Of a DNA stretch of 64,000 bases, positions 1-11,900 are shown one piece after another (positions within the stretch are counted from its first letter, which is position 1; each line of letters starts with the position of its first letter). Source of the DNA: Chloropicon primus (Eukaryota); the NCBI GenBank assembly GCA_023205875.1, contig CP060772.1:1-64000 (forward strand), in the 5' to 3' direction. The notes under the pieces are model-generated. The model had not been told where the DNA came from. It saw only the letters and a list, made by a program, of their open reading frames with translations, and did no database searches. Position numbers and translations under genes: made by a program.

Positions 1-185
1 AAACCTAAGGCCTAAGGCCTAAACCTGGGCCTACCTAAGGCCTAAAACCTAAAACCTAAAACCTAAAAACCTAAAAACCTAAAAACCTAAAACCTAAACC
101 TAAAACCTAAAACCTAAAAACCTAAAACCTAAAACCTAAAACCTAAACCTAAACCTAAAACCTAAACCTACAAGCCTAAACCTAA
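1..185 (+). repeat. Telomere, C-rich strand (CCTAAAA)n = (TTTTAGG)n, with variant units
   Basis: The window starts with a tandem array of CCTAAAA mixed with CCTAAA, CCTAAAAA and CCTAAGG units. The C-rich strand at the 5' end is the orientation expected at a left chromosome end. Confidence 0.95.
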
Positions 186-684
186 GGAAGGACGACCTGG
201 CCAAAGAAAGGAGCCGGGGAACAAAAGAAGCCTAAGAGAAAGACACCGTTGCATCATCCAAGCTTTCCGTGGTGCCTCCGAGCCACCGCGTTTCCTAAAG
301 GCTTGGGAGTCCTAAAACCTAACGCCTAAAAGGCCCTCTCGTGGGTCCGAAGTGCCTTGAGTAGGGTTTGCCCGAGGAAGGAAGGAAGGACGACCTGGCC
401 AAGGAAAGGAGCCGGAGAACAAAAGAAGCCTAAGACAAACACACCGTCGCATCATCCAACCTTTCCGTTGTGCCTCCGAGTCACCGCGTTTCCTAAAGGC
501 TTGGGAGTCCTAAAACCTAACGCCTAAAAGGCCCTCTCGTGGGTCCGAAGTGCCTTGAGTAGGGTTTGCCCGAGGAAGGAAGGAAGGACGACCTGGCCAA
601 GGAAAGGAGCCGGAGAACAAAAGAAGCCTAAGAGAAAGACACCGCCGCATCATACAAGCTTTCCGTGGTGCCTCCAGCCACCGC
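186..684. repeat. Subtelomeric tandem repeat, 198-bp unit, ~2.5 copies
   Basis: The anchor GACGACCTGGCCAA recurs at 191, 389 and 587 (period 198). Copies differ by a few substitutions, and full units contain CCTAAAACCTAA. Confidence 0.95.
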
Positions 685-1650
685 ATTTTTTCCTTCTGGT
701 ATAAGTTTTAAGTGTGATCTGGGTTTTAGTCGGCCCTAAACCAGGTCGCATAAGACGACGGATTCCAGCAGAAGAGTGGATCAGGGTAAGGTTTACGATT
801 GGACCTCGTTATTCTCAGGTGCCCTAGATTGCACTCCGCCCGGAACAGGTCTCTCCATCACGGACTCCATTCACACAACATCATCATCATCCATGGAGGG
901 CTGTGGTTTGGGTTTTAGTGGTCCGACAGATGGATCTCTACAGGCTCAAGGACGACGGGAAGATACACCATATTCAACGAATGTCCGAAACGAAAATACA
1001 AGCCGCTTCTGACAAAGTTTCACAGCCATCGGACACGAACTGGATCCGTCACTCCACTATTCGTACCAAAAAGTAGGCCCCCAAATGGACAATAGTAGCA
1101 ACAGAATCATATCATACACACCTACATTACACAAATCAAGTCAGCATTTACCAAACCAAGAGGATCCTATCCACGAACAACTACCCACAATCACATCTAC
1201 TTGCCTTCTCTCCTCTCCCACACTCCTGAATCGCCCAAGAACACCTCTCCTCCCTCGCCCCCCGGCAACGGTACGGGTGCGCCGGCCACTTCCCACCACA
1301 GCTTGGCCTCTCCCGATCATCGGAAGGACGACAGAATGAAATAAGGCCCAATCCATGCGCGCACAACACCACCTTGTTTTCCTCTGCCGCCCACAATGCC
1401 TCCTCCTGCCAGGACCTCACTGGTGTCCTTTCTTTCGCCCCAAGTGTCAAAAACATTTTCATGCACACGAGCAAAACGAAAAGCACAATCGCATTACAAA
1501 AAGAAATCCCTAAAAACTAACCACAGAAAGGCATTACAATACACAAAAGAAACACATACACGTCCTTCGCCCTCCCTTCCCCATCATCCCCCCAAGCACC
1601 CAAAGAATTATGTCCTCCCACTGAAAATGCTGCTTTACCTCCGTCCGTCC

Positions 1651-3969
1651 TCAACACAGACATTTGACACCACTGCTGCCGAACCCATCATCCTTTTGGG
1701 GTTTGTCCCGTACATCCAAAATGACTTTGGCAAACATAGTCCTTGCCAGCTTTTTCTGGACGTGGCTCTCTGATACCATTTGAGGGAGGAGAACTTTCAT
1801 CCTCTTCCGGTGTCGGAACATCTGGATCCCAACGAAACCAAGCAGGCCGAGCAAAGTATACCGCAACCACACGATATACTTTTTCAAGTGTAGCCTTACG
1901 CTTCCGTTGGTTTCTGCTGTTTGGTTTCGATTCAGATCTTTTGCCACATTCTCCTTGTACCTCTTAGAACCATATCGATATCTTGACAGAGTTTTTTTGT
2001 ATTCCACAGACGCAAGGAACCATCGTTCGCACAATGGGCTGTCGTGGTATTGATTGTGCAGAATAATTGCCCACACACCCGAAAGGCCACTTGGTCGCCG
2101 TTGTTTCAGGTCTTCTCCAGTGCAAGGACATGTCGTGCAAGCGCAATAAACGTCACGGCCCTCCTTGTCCTCTTTTTCGATTTGCCTTGTGTCCAAATGT
2201 TCTGACACAACGGGAACGAGCGCGCAAGCGGGCTTCTCGGGGTGCATGTCAGCAGCGGCGCCACACCACATATTATCCGGTGCCCAAGAGAGCGTCTGAT
2301 TCAAGAATCCATCGGTCAAAGCCACTTTGAAGAACCATGCTGCAAAGTCGCCTTCTAGCAAAGCAAAATACTGCTCGATGTACCCGGCGGCAAGCGGCTC
2401 AACGGACTCAAAGTCTGTGGCATTTGCCGCCGATTTCCAGTACCTGGCCTCGTGCAGTTGGTACCACTGTCGACCAGGAGCCTTCCGTCTCATCCAATTC
2501 ATGAGCGACTCGCCAACCGCCTCCCTCAGCGGCCCGGATATTACGGACCCTCCTTTCTTTTCCATAAAGGCGTTCCAAGGAAACCCAGCGATCCTCTGAT
2601 CTGCGTCTTTCATCAGAACGTAATCGTACTCTCCCATTTGCCGCACCAGGGGCTTCATGAATGCGTACTTGTTGAACGCGGCAGAGCTGCTCGTGTATCG
2701 GACCAAGGGCTCCAGATGGCCTTGCTCCACGAGCCCCCGAAGCTTCTCAGCAAAGGCCAACTTCAGGTTTGTTCTCACCACAAAGTTCACCTTCCACTTG
2801 CTGCATGGGTTCCATTGTGAGAGGGCTTGCATGTCAGACTCAAGCGTCGCAATCTCATCGTTCAACTGCTCTTCTGCCTTTATCAGACAGTTGGTAAGGA
2901 CCAGGATGCACTCTTTTCTGGGTGTGATCCGCGCCATGTCCACGTTCGAGGCTTGAAGCAAAGCCGTGATTTTGTTATTCACGTCCGCTGATTCGACTGT
3001 CGAGTCAACGCCGTAGTCGTGTTGAACGCCCAGCGTTCTGGTAGCAGTGTAAGTCCTTCCAGCAAGAGCGTAGAGCAACTCATCTGCAATCACCATGTCG
3101 TCACCAAAGTACCAATCAGCAGAAGCATCGCTCTGCACCCCGCGCAAAATCCTCTCCATGCCCTCCCGGTTGACCATGTACGCTGCAGTGCTCCAGTGTT
3201 CAGGCATCCAGCTGATCCAGGGGTCTTGGTAATTCAAGGACGCGTTCACAACCACGGGATTGCTGGTGTACCACTGTAGTACTGTCCAGTCCTGAGGCGC
3301 CATTGCTGCGTACGACTCCCAAGTCTCCAGGAAGCTTGCCGGTACAGAAACGTCGTCTTCGAGGATCAGGGCAAGCTCAGAATTGTCGTCGTACGCTCTC
3401 TTGATTGCTGTCAGGTGAGACAAGGCGCAAGCAAACTGACCCTCGGTGTACTCGTTCCTGAGATTCAACTCCCGGGTCTCCTCCTCGGCGCCCGGCGGTG
3501 CGGCGGCAAGGCCTTCCTTCAGCTCGACGCGCCCGAGCCGAAGCATGTCTCTGACTGCCTCCGCATCAATGCCTGGAACCCGAGTGGATCTGACAGTCGG
3601 AAAAGACGCTGCAGCGGACTTGAGCATGGTTTCCATGCTTGCTCTTCTCTCCACAGACTCGTCCAGGTTGATCCAGTAGATGTCCAGACCACCCCTCTGT
3701 GGACTCCGCGACGCGATACGTTGCCGACTGCCTTCGCCACCATAGGCTTCCTCGTCGACGGCGGGCTGCGCACTGAGCGCCACGCCTGGCCCCGTCCTAA
3801 GACTCCGGGACGGCCAGACCTCCTCGTCGCCGTTGTTGCCCTTGCCCTTCCCCCGCTCCTCCCCCGCGTGACCTGCCCCGTGAACACCCCACAGAACAAG
3901 CGGCAAGGACAAGATGACGCAAAGAAAGCACGCACCGAGGAAGGCCTTAGGCGTCCTCGTGCCGCGCAT
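1651..3969 (-). CDS. Membrane-anchored glycosyltransferase: GT25-like domain plus a second GT-A-like (DUF707-like) domain
   Basis: Intronless 772-aa ORF with an N-terminal hydrophobic segment. GT25 motifs are IYWINLDESVERR, ACALSHLTAI, LILEDD and STAAYMVNREG. The second domain has YDYVLMKDAD and SWAPDNMWC, and a C-terminal TM segment is present (YTLLGLLGFVGIQMF). Confidence 0.75.
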   Translation of the reverse strand: MRGTRTPKAFLGACFLCVILSLPLVLWGVHGAGHAGEERGKGKGNNGDEEVWPSRSLRTGPGVALSAQPAVDEEAYGGEGSRQRIASRSPQRGGLDIYWINLDESVERRASMETMLKSAAASFPTVRSTRVPGIDAEAVRDMLRLGRVELKEGLAAAPPGAEEETRELNLRNEYTEGQFACALSHLTAIKRAYDDNSELALILEDDVSVPASFLETWESYAAMAPQDWTVLQWYTSNPVVVNASLNYQDPWISWMPEHWSTAAYMVNREGMERILRGVQSDASADWYFGDDMVIADELLYALAGRTYTATRTLGVQHDYGVDSTVESADVNNKITALLQASNVDMARITPRKECILVLTNCLIKAEEQLNDEIATLESDMQALSQWNPCSKWKVNFVVRTNLKLAFAEKLRGLVEQGHLEPLVRYTSSSAAFNKYAFMKPLVRQMGEYDYVLMKDADQRIAGFPWNAFMEKKGGSVISGPLREAVGESLMNWMRRKAPGRQWYQLHEARYWKSAANATDFESVEPLAAGYIEQYFALLEGDFAAWFFKVALTDGFLNQTLSWAPDNMWCGAAADMHPEKPACALVPVVSEHLDTRQIEKEDKEGRDVYCACTTCPCTGEDLKQRRPSGLSGVWAIILHNQYHDSPLCERWFLASVEYKKTLSRYRYGSKRYKENVAKDLNRNQTAETNGSVRLHLKKYIVWLRYTLLGLLGFVGIQMFRHRKRMKVLLPQMVSESHVQKKLARTMFAKVILDVRDKPQKDDGFGSSGVKCLC

Positions 3970-4165
3970 GGTTGTCCGTCAAAGTAACGCTCTCCTCTCC
4001 TCTCCTCGGTCCCTCGTCTCCGCGCCCGCCTTCGCCTTCACCGACGTAACGCGGCGACTGAAATGAAACCGCCTCAACCATCAGAGGAGCGATCATCAAA
4101 GATGACAATGGTGATGACGATGGCGATGACCACTGGGGCCGGCCAGGAACGCGGAGGGCCTCGGT

Positions 4166-4304
4166 ACGCGTGACGTTACGATGGTTTCGCTGGAAGCCGG
4201 AGGAGGAGGACGAGAAGCATCCACATCAACCATCAGAGACATCAGCAAACATGGAACAATGACAATGACATGGGGGACGCGTGACGTTACGATGGTTTCG
4301 CTGG
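4166..4304. repeat. 28-bp direct repeat ACGCGTGACGTTACGATGGTTTCGCTGG (4166 and 4277)
   Basis: Two identical copies lie 111 bp apart, upstream of the GT25 gene. Confidence 0.85.
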
Positions 4305-4712
4305 CGGTTACTTTTACCGAGACGGAGCACATGGGTACGGGTAGGCCTCTAGGAAGGGTTAGGCCCTCGGTGAGGAGCATCGGCTTGGTCTTGGTCTTGG
4401 TCTTCATCTCTCTCACCATGACCGAGTACGGTCGCTGGCCTAGCCCTTGCTCTTGGTCCAAGCTCTGCTTGGGATGGATGGGATCGCGTCGTACAAGAAA
4501 AGGGTGCTTTTGCTTGGAGAAAACAGCGAGCAACAAAAGCTTGGCTAGTGGTGGTAGTGGTGGTGGGGCAGTTTATAATAAGTTACAATACATACACAAC
4601 AAAAGTTCATCCACGTCAAGGTGCTCGATCCGCCCACTCCACCGGAAGGACCCGCCAGGAGCCTCTCCTTGGTCCAAGATAAGATGGTGACGACGAATCA
4701 GCTCCGCTCCGC

Positions 4713-6656
4713 TCAGCTGGCCTTGAGGATGCTCCCGTTCAGGAGGTCCGAGTTCAGCTTTTGCAGGGACTCGGTCAGGGAGGAGATGCTGGACAGGGAG
4801 ATCCCCGGTCCCCCTCCCTCCTTGAGCGGGGAAGCCGCCGCCGCCTTGGCTGGGGTCTTGGGCTTCTTGGGCTTCTTGGGGGTCTTCATCGCCGGCACGG
4901 CATCGGCCAGGGGGTTCCTCTCGTTCAACTCGTTTAGGAACTGCGGGGTCTCGTGGTCGGACACCTCATGCCACGTCCGCTTGGGTGGGTTGTACCCTCT
5001 GATGAACTTGTGCCTCACGGTGTTGCAGGCAAAGTAGCACTCCGCGACGCCCTCGGGCATCCGGTGCCGGAAGGCCAAGTTCTGGTCCAGGACCACCTCG
5101 ACCGAGTCGGCGATGGTCTTCGAGTCCTTGACGGACCAGGACTTGATGATCTTGCCCTTGTGGTCGTACTGGACCCCGTGGTCCTTCTCGGCGTTGTAGG
5201 ACAGGAGCGCCTGGCCGTTGGGCCAGTTCACGAAGCCGTTGCCGTGCATGTCAAACGAGACCGCCGTCACCCTGGTGGATCGGTAAGAGGCGAAGAGGGA
5301 GTACCTCTTCCCCGTCTCCGTCTCGCCGAAGGACTGGTCGAGGACGTCGCTGTCCACGCAGATCGCCAGCTGGTCCCCGGGCCACTTGGCGATGGCGCTG
5401 CCGTCGTGGTGCACCACCAGGGCCAGGGAGCTTCCGGGGTACTTGCTCTCAAACTCCACGAGGTGGGCCTTGGGGTCGCAGAGCGCGGCCCGGCACTTGA
5501 TTGTGGTCGTCACCGTCACGCCGTTTGAGTGCTTCACCGGCTTCCGCTTGACCAGGCCAACGAACTTGCCCATGCCCTCGGGCTTCCCCAGCAGCTCCAG
5601 CTGCTCCTTGGTGGGCTCAAAGGAAGGAAGCATCTTGTCCATGGTGGCGATGAGGTCGCTGCTTCCAATGCCCCTGGCCGAGCTCGTCCCCTTCTTCGCC
5701 GCAGTCTTGGACGAGATCCTTGTCCTGGACATTGTCCTATTCTTCTTGTCCTGATCCCTGGCCCTGGCCCTGGCCCTGGCCTTGTTCTTGAGCCTCTCCC
5801 CGACCGCCGACTCGTCCTTCCCCAGGGACTCCTCCCTGAGCTTCATCTCCCTCTGCGTCCTGAGGTCGTTCTTGCTCTGAATCTCCTTGACAGCTTGCTG
5901 CCTCTCTACCCCAGTAAGCATTCCCACAGCCTCCCTCTCTTGCTCACTGATCAGCTTGGTGTCCACCACCTGGAGCGAGGGCAAGAGCAACAATAGCATG
6001 CGCCGGTACTCCCGCGGAGGAAGCTTGCCGCAGCACTGGTTCGGAAGGAGCCAAAGGTGGCTCAGCTTCTGCATCTTCTGCAAGTGGTCGATCTCTCCGA
6101 TCGAAGAGATGTCGTTGTTGTGAACCCAAAGCTCCTCCAGCTCAACCAAGTCAGCCAGAGGCTGGAGGGACCGGACTTGGTTGTCGCTCACTTTCAGCAC
6201 TCGGAGGTGCTTCAGCTGCTCCACGCCCTTGAGAGACCGAACAGAGTTGTGCATCACGTTCAGGTACCTCAGTTCCGTCAGGAGGGAGAGGGAGCTCACC
6301 GATTTGAGCCGATTGAACGCCAGGTTCAGGTCACTCAGACCCACAAGGCTCTGCACTCCAGAGGCATCCTCCACCTCCCTGTGGTTTTGGGTTGTTCAGA
6401 CAGACAGACAAAGCAAGGAAGGAGGACAAATAGAAAGAGCGCGCGTTAGAAGGAGTGGAGGCAAACGAAGAGGCACTCCACACCCAAGCCTTTCGACTGA
6501 GGGGGTCTCAGGTGACTCCTGCGTTTTGTTTCCTTCCAGGAAGAAACCAAAGCCAAAACACTTGACTTACTTGTTTGTGAGTGTGAGTTCCTTGACCGAC
6601 CCAAGGTCGTCCGTGAAGGTGCACTTCTTGAGGAGGTCGTCTGTGATCCGAACCAT
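4713..6656 (-). CDS. SDS22-type leucine-rich repeat protein with a C-terminal FAM194/ERICH6-like domain; exons 6571-6656 and 4713-6378
   Basis: LRRs (LNLAFNRL, LNVMHNSV, LKVSDNQV, LWVHNNDI) end in an LRR cap (EYRRMLLLLLPSLQVVD). The C-terminal beta-rich region (DGSAIAKWPGDQLAI...SFDMHGNGFVNWPNG...IIKSWS) resembles FAM194. A GTAAGT...CAG intron at 6379-6570 joins MVRITDDLLKK...LTNK to EVEDASG in frame. Confidence 0.75.
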
Positions 6657-7878
6657 AATCGAGTGGGGACCAACCTGCAACGCCAACAACCTCTTTCCTT
6701 CTTCCTTTGTCCTTTGGCAGGCTCACTCCTCCCTTTGCCAAGGCACCAAACGGTGTCTTTTGTTGTCGTACAACGCCAAGACAAAGAGAACGCGACCCAA
6801 GGCAAAGTCTTTCTTGCCGACCGCACAGAAGAGAAGTGTGTCGCCTTTCGTGCAATATTGTCTGGTCCCGACTGTCTGTGCCCTCCTTGCCTCGTCCTTG
6901 CCTGCTGCCTCGGTTGGTTCTCCCGAGTCAACGAGAAAAATTTTCCAGCAGGAGAGAGGAGAGGAGCATCCAGGAGAGGAGGGGGCAGGATGCCAAGTGC
7001 GATGCGATGCGATGCAGGGGGAAACGGGGGAGGGAGGTGTCTGGCTGGGGGAGGACAGGACCTTGGTCTATCCTCTGTTTTCCTGTGTCAAAATCGCGTT
7101 CGTGGTGTGAGAGAGAGGAGAAGGAACGAAGGATTCATCCTATCGATGAGTGTAATGTGATCAGCACATCAAGGGGGGCAGGGACTTGGAGAGGCAGGCC
7201 ATGCGGCACACAACGCAACAGTGGTGGAGGGAAAATGTCGGAGGACACACTCGCGTCTCTCTGTGCGTGCGTGTGTGTGTGTGTGTGTGTGTGCGTTTGT
7301 GAATTCAGCAAGGGTCTCCTGACCACGACGAAACGTTGTGGCACTTTCGGGGTCCGCGGGAGTGAGAGAGCCGACGGAGCACTAAGGTGGGGTGGTGTTG
7401 AGTCCAAGAGTGGCGACGAGGGACAAAGGTACAAGAAACAAATGGATCATACAACAGAACGGGGGGAGGAGAGCCCCTCGATCTCATCTTTTACTTCACA
7501 CTCGATTATCTATACTACTGTACAACTGTCAGCGTCGGCCGTCAGCACACGCACAAGGGAACAGAAGGAGGAGAAAACATACCAAAAGTCAGTGGCTGGC
7601 CTCGTGTGCGCGGGAACGTCCGTCTCTCATTCACGTTTTCGTATTCGTTTTTCATGTTGTGGATTTCAGAGAGCTACTATCAGATAGTCAACCATGAAGT
7701 GTGGGTATGCTGTCAGCGAAACTCTCTAGTTGCTTTATCGCCTCAGTTGAAACGCCAATGGACTAGAATGGGTCCAAAAGCGTGATTAATAGAGGCTTAC
7801 TCTCGACACCCGTGCCACGCCTGTGATCGATCGAGCGAAGCACGCCTTACTAGGCCCCTCTTTCTCTCACTCGCTGAG

Positions 7879-7879
<1 letters not shown>

Positions 7880-7924
<45 letters not shown>
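7880..7924. repeat. (CT)n microsatellite
   Basis: A pure CT run. Similar simple repeats occur at ~7270 (GT)n, 13503-13536 (CAAGG)n, 36812-36872 (CCAT)n, 37012-37073 (AG)n and 63397-63427 (AT)n. Confidence 0.9.
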
Positions 7925-7927
<3 letters not shown>

Positions 7928-8998
7928 AGAGTAAGAAGTCAAGTCAAGTCGTGGCCAAACCAACCCCAAAGGCCAACCGTACTTCGTCTTACCGCTTGTG
8001 ATCGGAATGCGTTTTGCCCCGCTGCATGCATCCTTCTCTCTAACGTGTTATGGTACAAGAGGCCAGGTGGCGGTGTTTTACTCTGGCCGCACCTTTCCTC
8101 CTCCTCCTCAACCTGTCGCCCCATCCTCACAACCAGCCCAGGGATCCATCCACCAACGAGAAACCGGAAGAGATCCCCTAACGCACTACCATCTTCCCTT
8201 CCCTTTGTGCTCCCTCCCTCGTTGAGTCAGCCATCTTCCTCCCCAATGCCTGGCACTCCGGCGGACAACCCCCTCAACCGAGGGACCCACCGAAAGCCCT
8301 CGCCACGACGCTCCCTCCCCTCCCCCTCCCCCTTCCCCTCCCTCGCCTTGTCCTCCTCCTCAGTCCTCCTCCACAAAGTCGCCGCCCTTGTCCTCGCCCT
8401 CGCCCGCCGCCTTGTCCTCACCCTCGTACGTCTTCCTTCAACGCCCACCCTGGTCGAGTCCGGTATCGATCGAAAGTCCTCGACACGACGCTTCCGTGTG
8501 TCGTCTCCCTCTCTCCCCTCCCCTCCCTCCCCTCCCTCAGTCGCCGCCGTCCTCGTCGTCCTCGTCGTCCTCGCCGCCCTCGTCGCCTCGTCGTGTGGTA
8601 CACTCCTCTTTCGCCTAACCGTTCAATCGCGCCCTCGACAGAAGGGGGACGAGCCCGCGCACGATCCCACGATCCGATCCCACGAGGCAGGCACACCTTT
8701 GGACGAGGAGACACCGAGCGATCGATTATAGGAAACAGGAAACAGATTGGACAACAACATACCACGTCAAGAGACCTTTCGATCGATACCGACCTCGAAC
8801 ACATACGACTTTGCTCGACCATTCTTTGCTTCATTCATTCGTTCGTTCGTTCGTTCGTTCCATTTTCATCCTTTGGTGAGGTGGAGGGCGTTGGGGTTGA
8901 GGAAGGAGGGGTCTAGGGAGCGTCGGGTCGTCGCGAGACCTTTCGATCGACGGACCTGATTTACTTGTTGAAAGAGTCGTCGTGAGTCGTGAGTCGTC

Positions 8999-11900
8999 AT
9001 GGCGGAGAACATCAGTGTGTGCGTGAGGGTGAGGCCCTTGAACGACAAGGAGAAGGAGCACGGCTTGGGCTGGAAGGTGGACCACGCGGGGACCAACATA
9101 AGCGAAGTGGCCGTGGCGGACCACAACCAGTCGTCGTCATCGCTGTCGTCGTCGTCGTGTTCCGCTTTGGGGGGTGCGGCACAGGGCTCCGACGTGGTGT
9201 CCCTGGCTGGTGGGGAGCACAAGTATGCGTTCGACAGGATCTACGACGAGACTTGGGGCACCAAGCACATCTACGAGGACGTGTGCGTGCCAGTGGTGGA
9301 CAGCGTGGTGGAGGGTTTCAATGGAACTATCTTCGCGTACGGGCAGACGAGCAGCGGGAAAACGTATACAATGAGAGGAAGCGCGACGTGGGAGAGCGGG
9401 TCTGCGAAGCCCGCGCCGTCTGCGACGGGGGAGGAGAACCAGCAGAGCGAGGGAGGGGAGGAGCTCGGGATCTTGCCTTTGGCCGTCCGAGGGATCTTCA
9501 AGCGCATCCAAGCCGCCTCGGGGAGGGAGTTCCTGCTGAGAATATCGTACATGGAGATCTACAACGAGGACATCATTGACCTGCTGGCCCAGTGCAACGG
9601 CAAGGACGCCAAGACCACCGGGCAAGCGGACAGGAGGAGGCTCCTTGTGAAGGAGAGGGCCAACGGCGGCGGGCCTTACGTGTGCGGGCTGAGGGAGGAG
9701 ATCGTGAGGAGCGAGGACGAGGTGGCGGCCTGGCTCAAGAAGGGTGACATCCACAGGCACGTCGGGGAGACGAAGATGAACAGAAACAGCAGCAGGAGCC
9801 ACACCCTGTTCCAGATGGTCATAGAGAGCAGGGCGAGCGCGGGAGCTGACGGCAGCAGCGAGGACGATGACGCGATCCTCGTGTCCAAGCTCACCTTGGT
9901 CGATCTCGCTGGGTCGGAGAGGCTGTCCAAGACGTGCGCGGAGGGCAAGAGGGCCAAGGAGGGTGCCTACATCAACAAGAGTCTCCTCACACTTGGCACG
10001 GTGATCAACAAGCTGAGCGAGGGCCAACACAAGCACATTCCTTATAGGGACAGCAAGCTGACGAGGATTCTGCAGACCGCCCTAGGAGGAAATTCCAAGA
10101 CAGCGATGATCACCAACATAACCCCCTCGGTGTTCCACATGGACGAGACCCACAGCACCCTTCGTTTCGCCACCAGGACGAAGAGCGTCAAGAATGCTGC
10201 CGTGGTGAACGAGGTTTTGAACGACGATGCCCTGCTCAAGCGCCAGCAAAAGGAGATCGAGAGGCTTAGGGACAGGCTCAAGGAGAAGAACAACGGCGTG
10301 GACATCGAGGCGACTGAGGCGGCCATCAAGGACATGAAGGACCACCTAATCGAGGTCAAGGAGCAGAACAAGAGCATCGAGGAGATGCTGGTGCAGGAGA
10401 GGAATGAGAAGGACGTGATGAGGACGGACTTGCAGCACAAGTCCAGGAAGCTGGAGAATCTCACGACCTTTATCCTCAACGAGGCAGATGCCAACTCGCT
10501 GGGCTCCGGGAGGTCTCGCCGGTCCAAGAGGGACAGGATGAGCTGGTGCCCCTCCTCCATGCACCACCCGGCGACATCGTTGCCAGCGGTGGAGGAGGAG
10601 GCCGCCCAAGAGGCGACCAGGAGAGCGAGCGACGATCTGCAGATCACTCTGAGAAAGTCGGGGGTTGAGGAGGAGAGAGAGGCCACGTCAGAGGTGAAGC
10701 TCCTCCAGGAGGCCTTGGTGAAGCTGAGGAAGGACGTGACACAGTCAAGGCAAGAAGTTGCCTCGAGGGACGAGATGCTGCGCGAGATCAGCCTGAGGGC
10801 CGAGTCTCTGCAATCCTCCCTCGGGGAGTCCCAGACGAATGCAGCGAGGTTAGAACAGGATCTCAGTGACACGCGATCGGAATTCGAAAGCTACAAGACG
10901 GACGCCGAGAGCTTGCTCGATTCAGTAAAGCAGGCAAAGGAGGAAACCGTGAGAGAACTGCAGGAGTACAAGGAGACAGCGACTCAAAACATTGACGCTG
11001 TGAAGATGGAGGTGACGGCGATGGGCGAGTCTCTTGAGAAGGGCCAAGAGATGCTGTCGGAGGAAAGGAAGGCCCTTGGACTGATGCGGGAGGCGCGCGA
11101 AGAAGCGGAGGAATCCTTGCGTGCCAAGCAAGATGCGATCGAGGATCTCGAAGGACAGCTCAAGGAAGCGATTGGGGCTGCCAAGGCGGGTGCTGAGAAG
11201 GTGGCTGCACTCGAGGGATCCCACAAGGAGCTCAACGAAACTCTTGCGGAGATGGAATCCTCCAAATCCAACCTCGAGGCGTGCCTCAAGGAGAGGGAAG
11301 TGAAGGAGGTGGACTTGGGCGAGCAGCTGGCTGCGCTGGCAGAGGACAACGCGTTCAAGGAGGGTGAGATTCAGAGGCTCAAGTTGGAAATCGAGGGCCT
11401 CGTGTCGGAGCAAGAAGAGAGGGACGCCCTGGTGAAGAAACTTGAGAATGACAAGCTCGATTCCGTGGGGCTACTGAGGGAGATGGATGTTCTCAAAAGC
11501 GATTTGCAGAAAAGCGTCAAGGAGCAAGAGGACGCCCGAGCTTGCGCCAAGGATCTTGAGGCAAAGATCGCTGCGGGTGCCAGCGAAGCTCAGGATCTGC
11601 GCTCACGTGCTGCTGACATGGCTGCAGAGCTGGAGACGGCGAGGAAGGAGCTCACCAAGGAGGAAAGTTTGAGGGAGGCGTACGAGGAGAAGTCCAGCAA
11701 GCTTGAGGGTCTGCTGAACGAGTCCGAAGTCCGGCTCACTTCCGAGCAATCTGAGAGCAAGAAGATGGAGGGCAGGCTGCGGAGCCTGACTGAGAGACTG
11801 AATTCAGCGGTTGGCTCCCAGTCCAAACTTTCCGAGGACCTCAGGGTTTCCAGGGAGGACAAGATCGCGGCCAGCAGGAGGGAGAGGAAGATGGAGGAGA

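Noticed and set aside
690..1640. Small subtelomeric ORFs or a retroelement remnant
   Set aside because: No RT, gag or endonuclease motifs; the ORFs are short and unconvincing.
6660..8990. ORFs of 300+ aa (6707-7687, 7823-8731) between the divergent LRR and kinesin genes
   Set aside because: They are low-complexity and microsatellite-driven, with no recognisable motifs or coding-type codon bias; probably UTR or promoter DNA.
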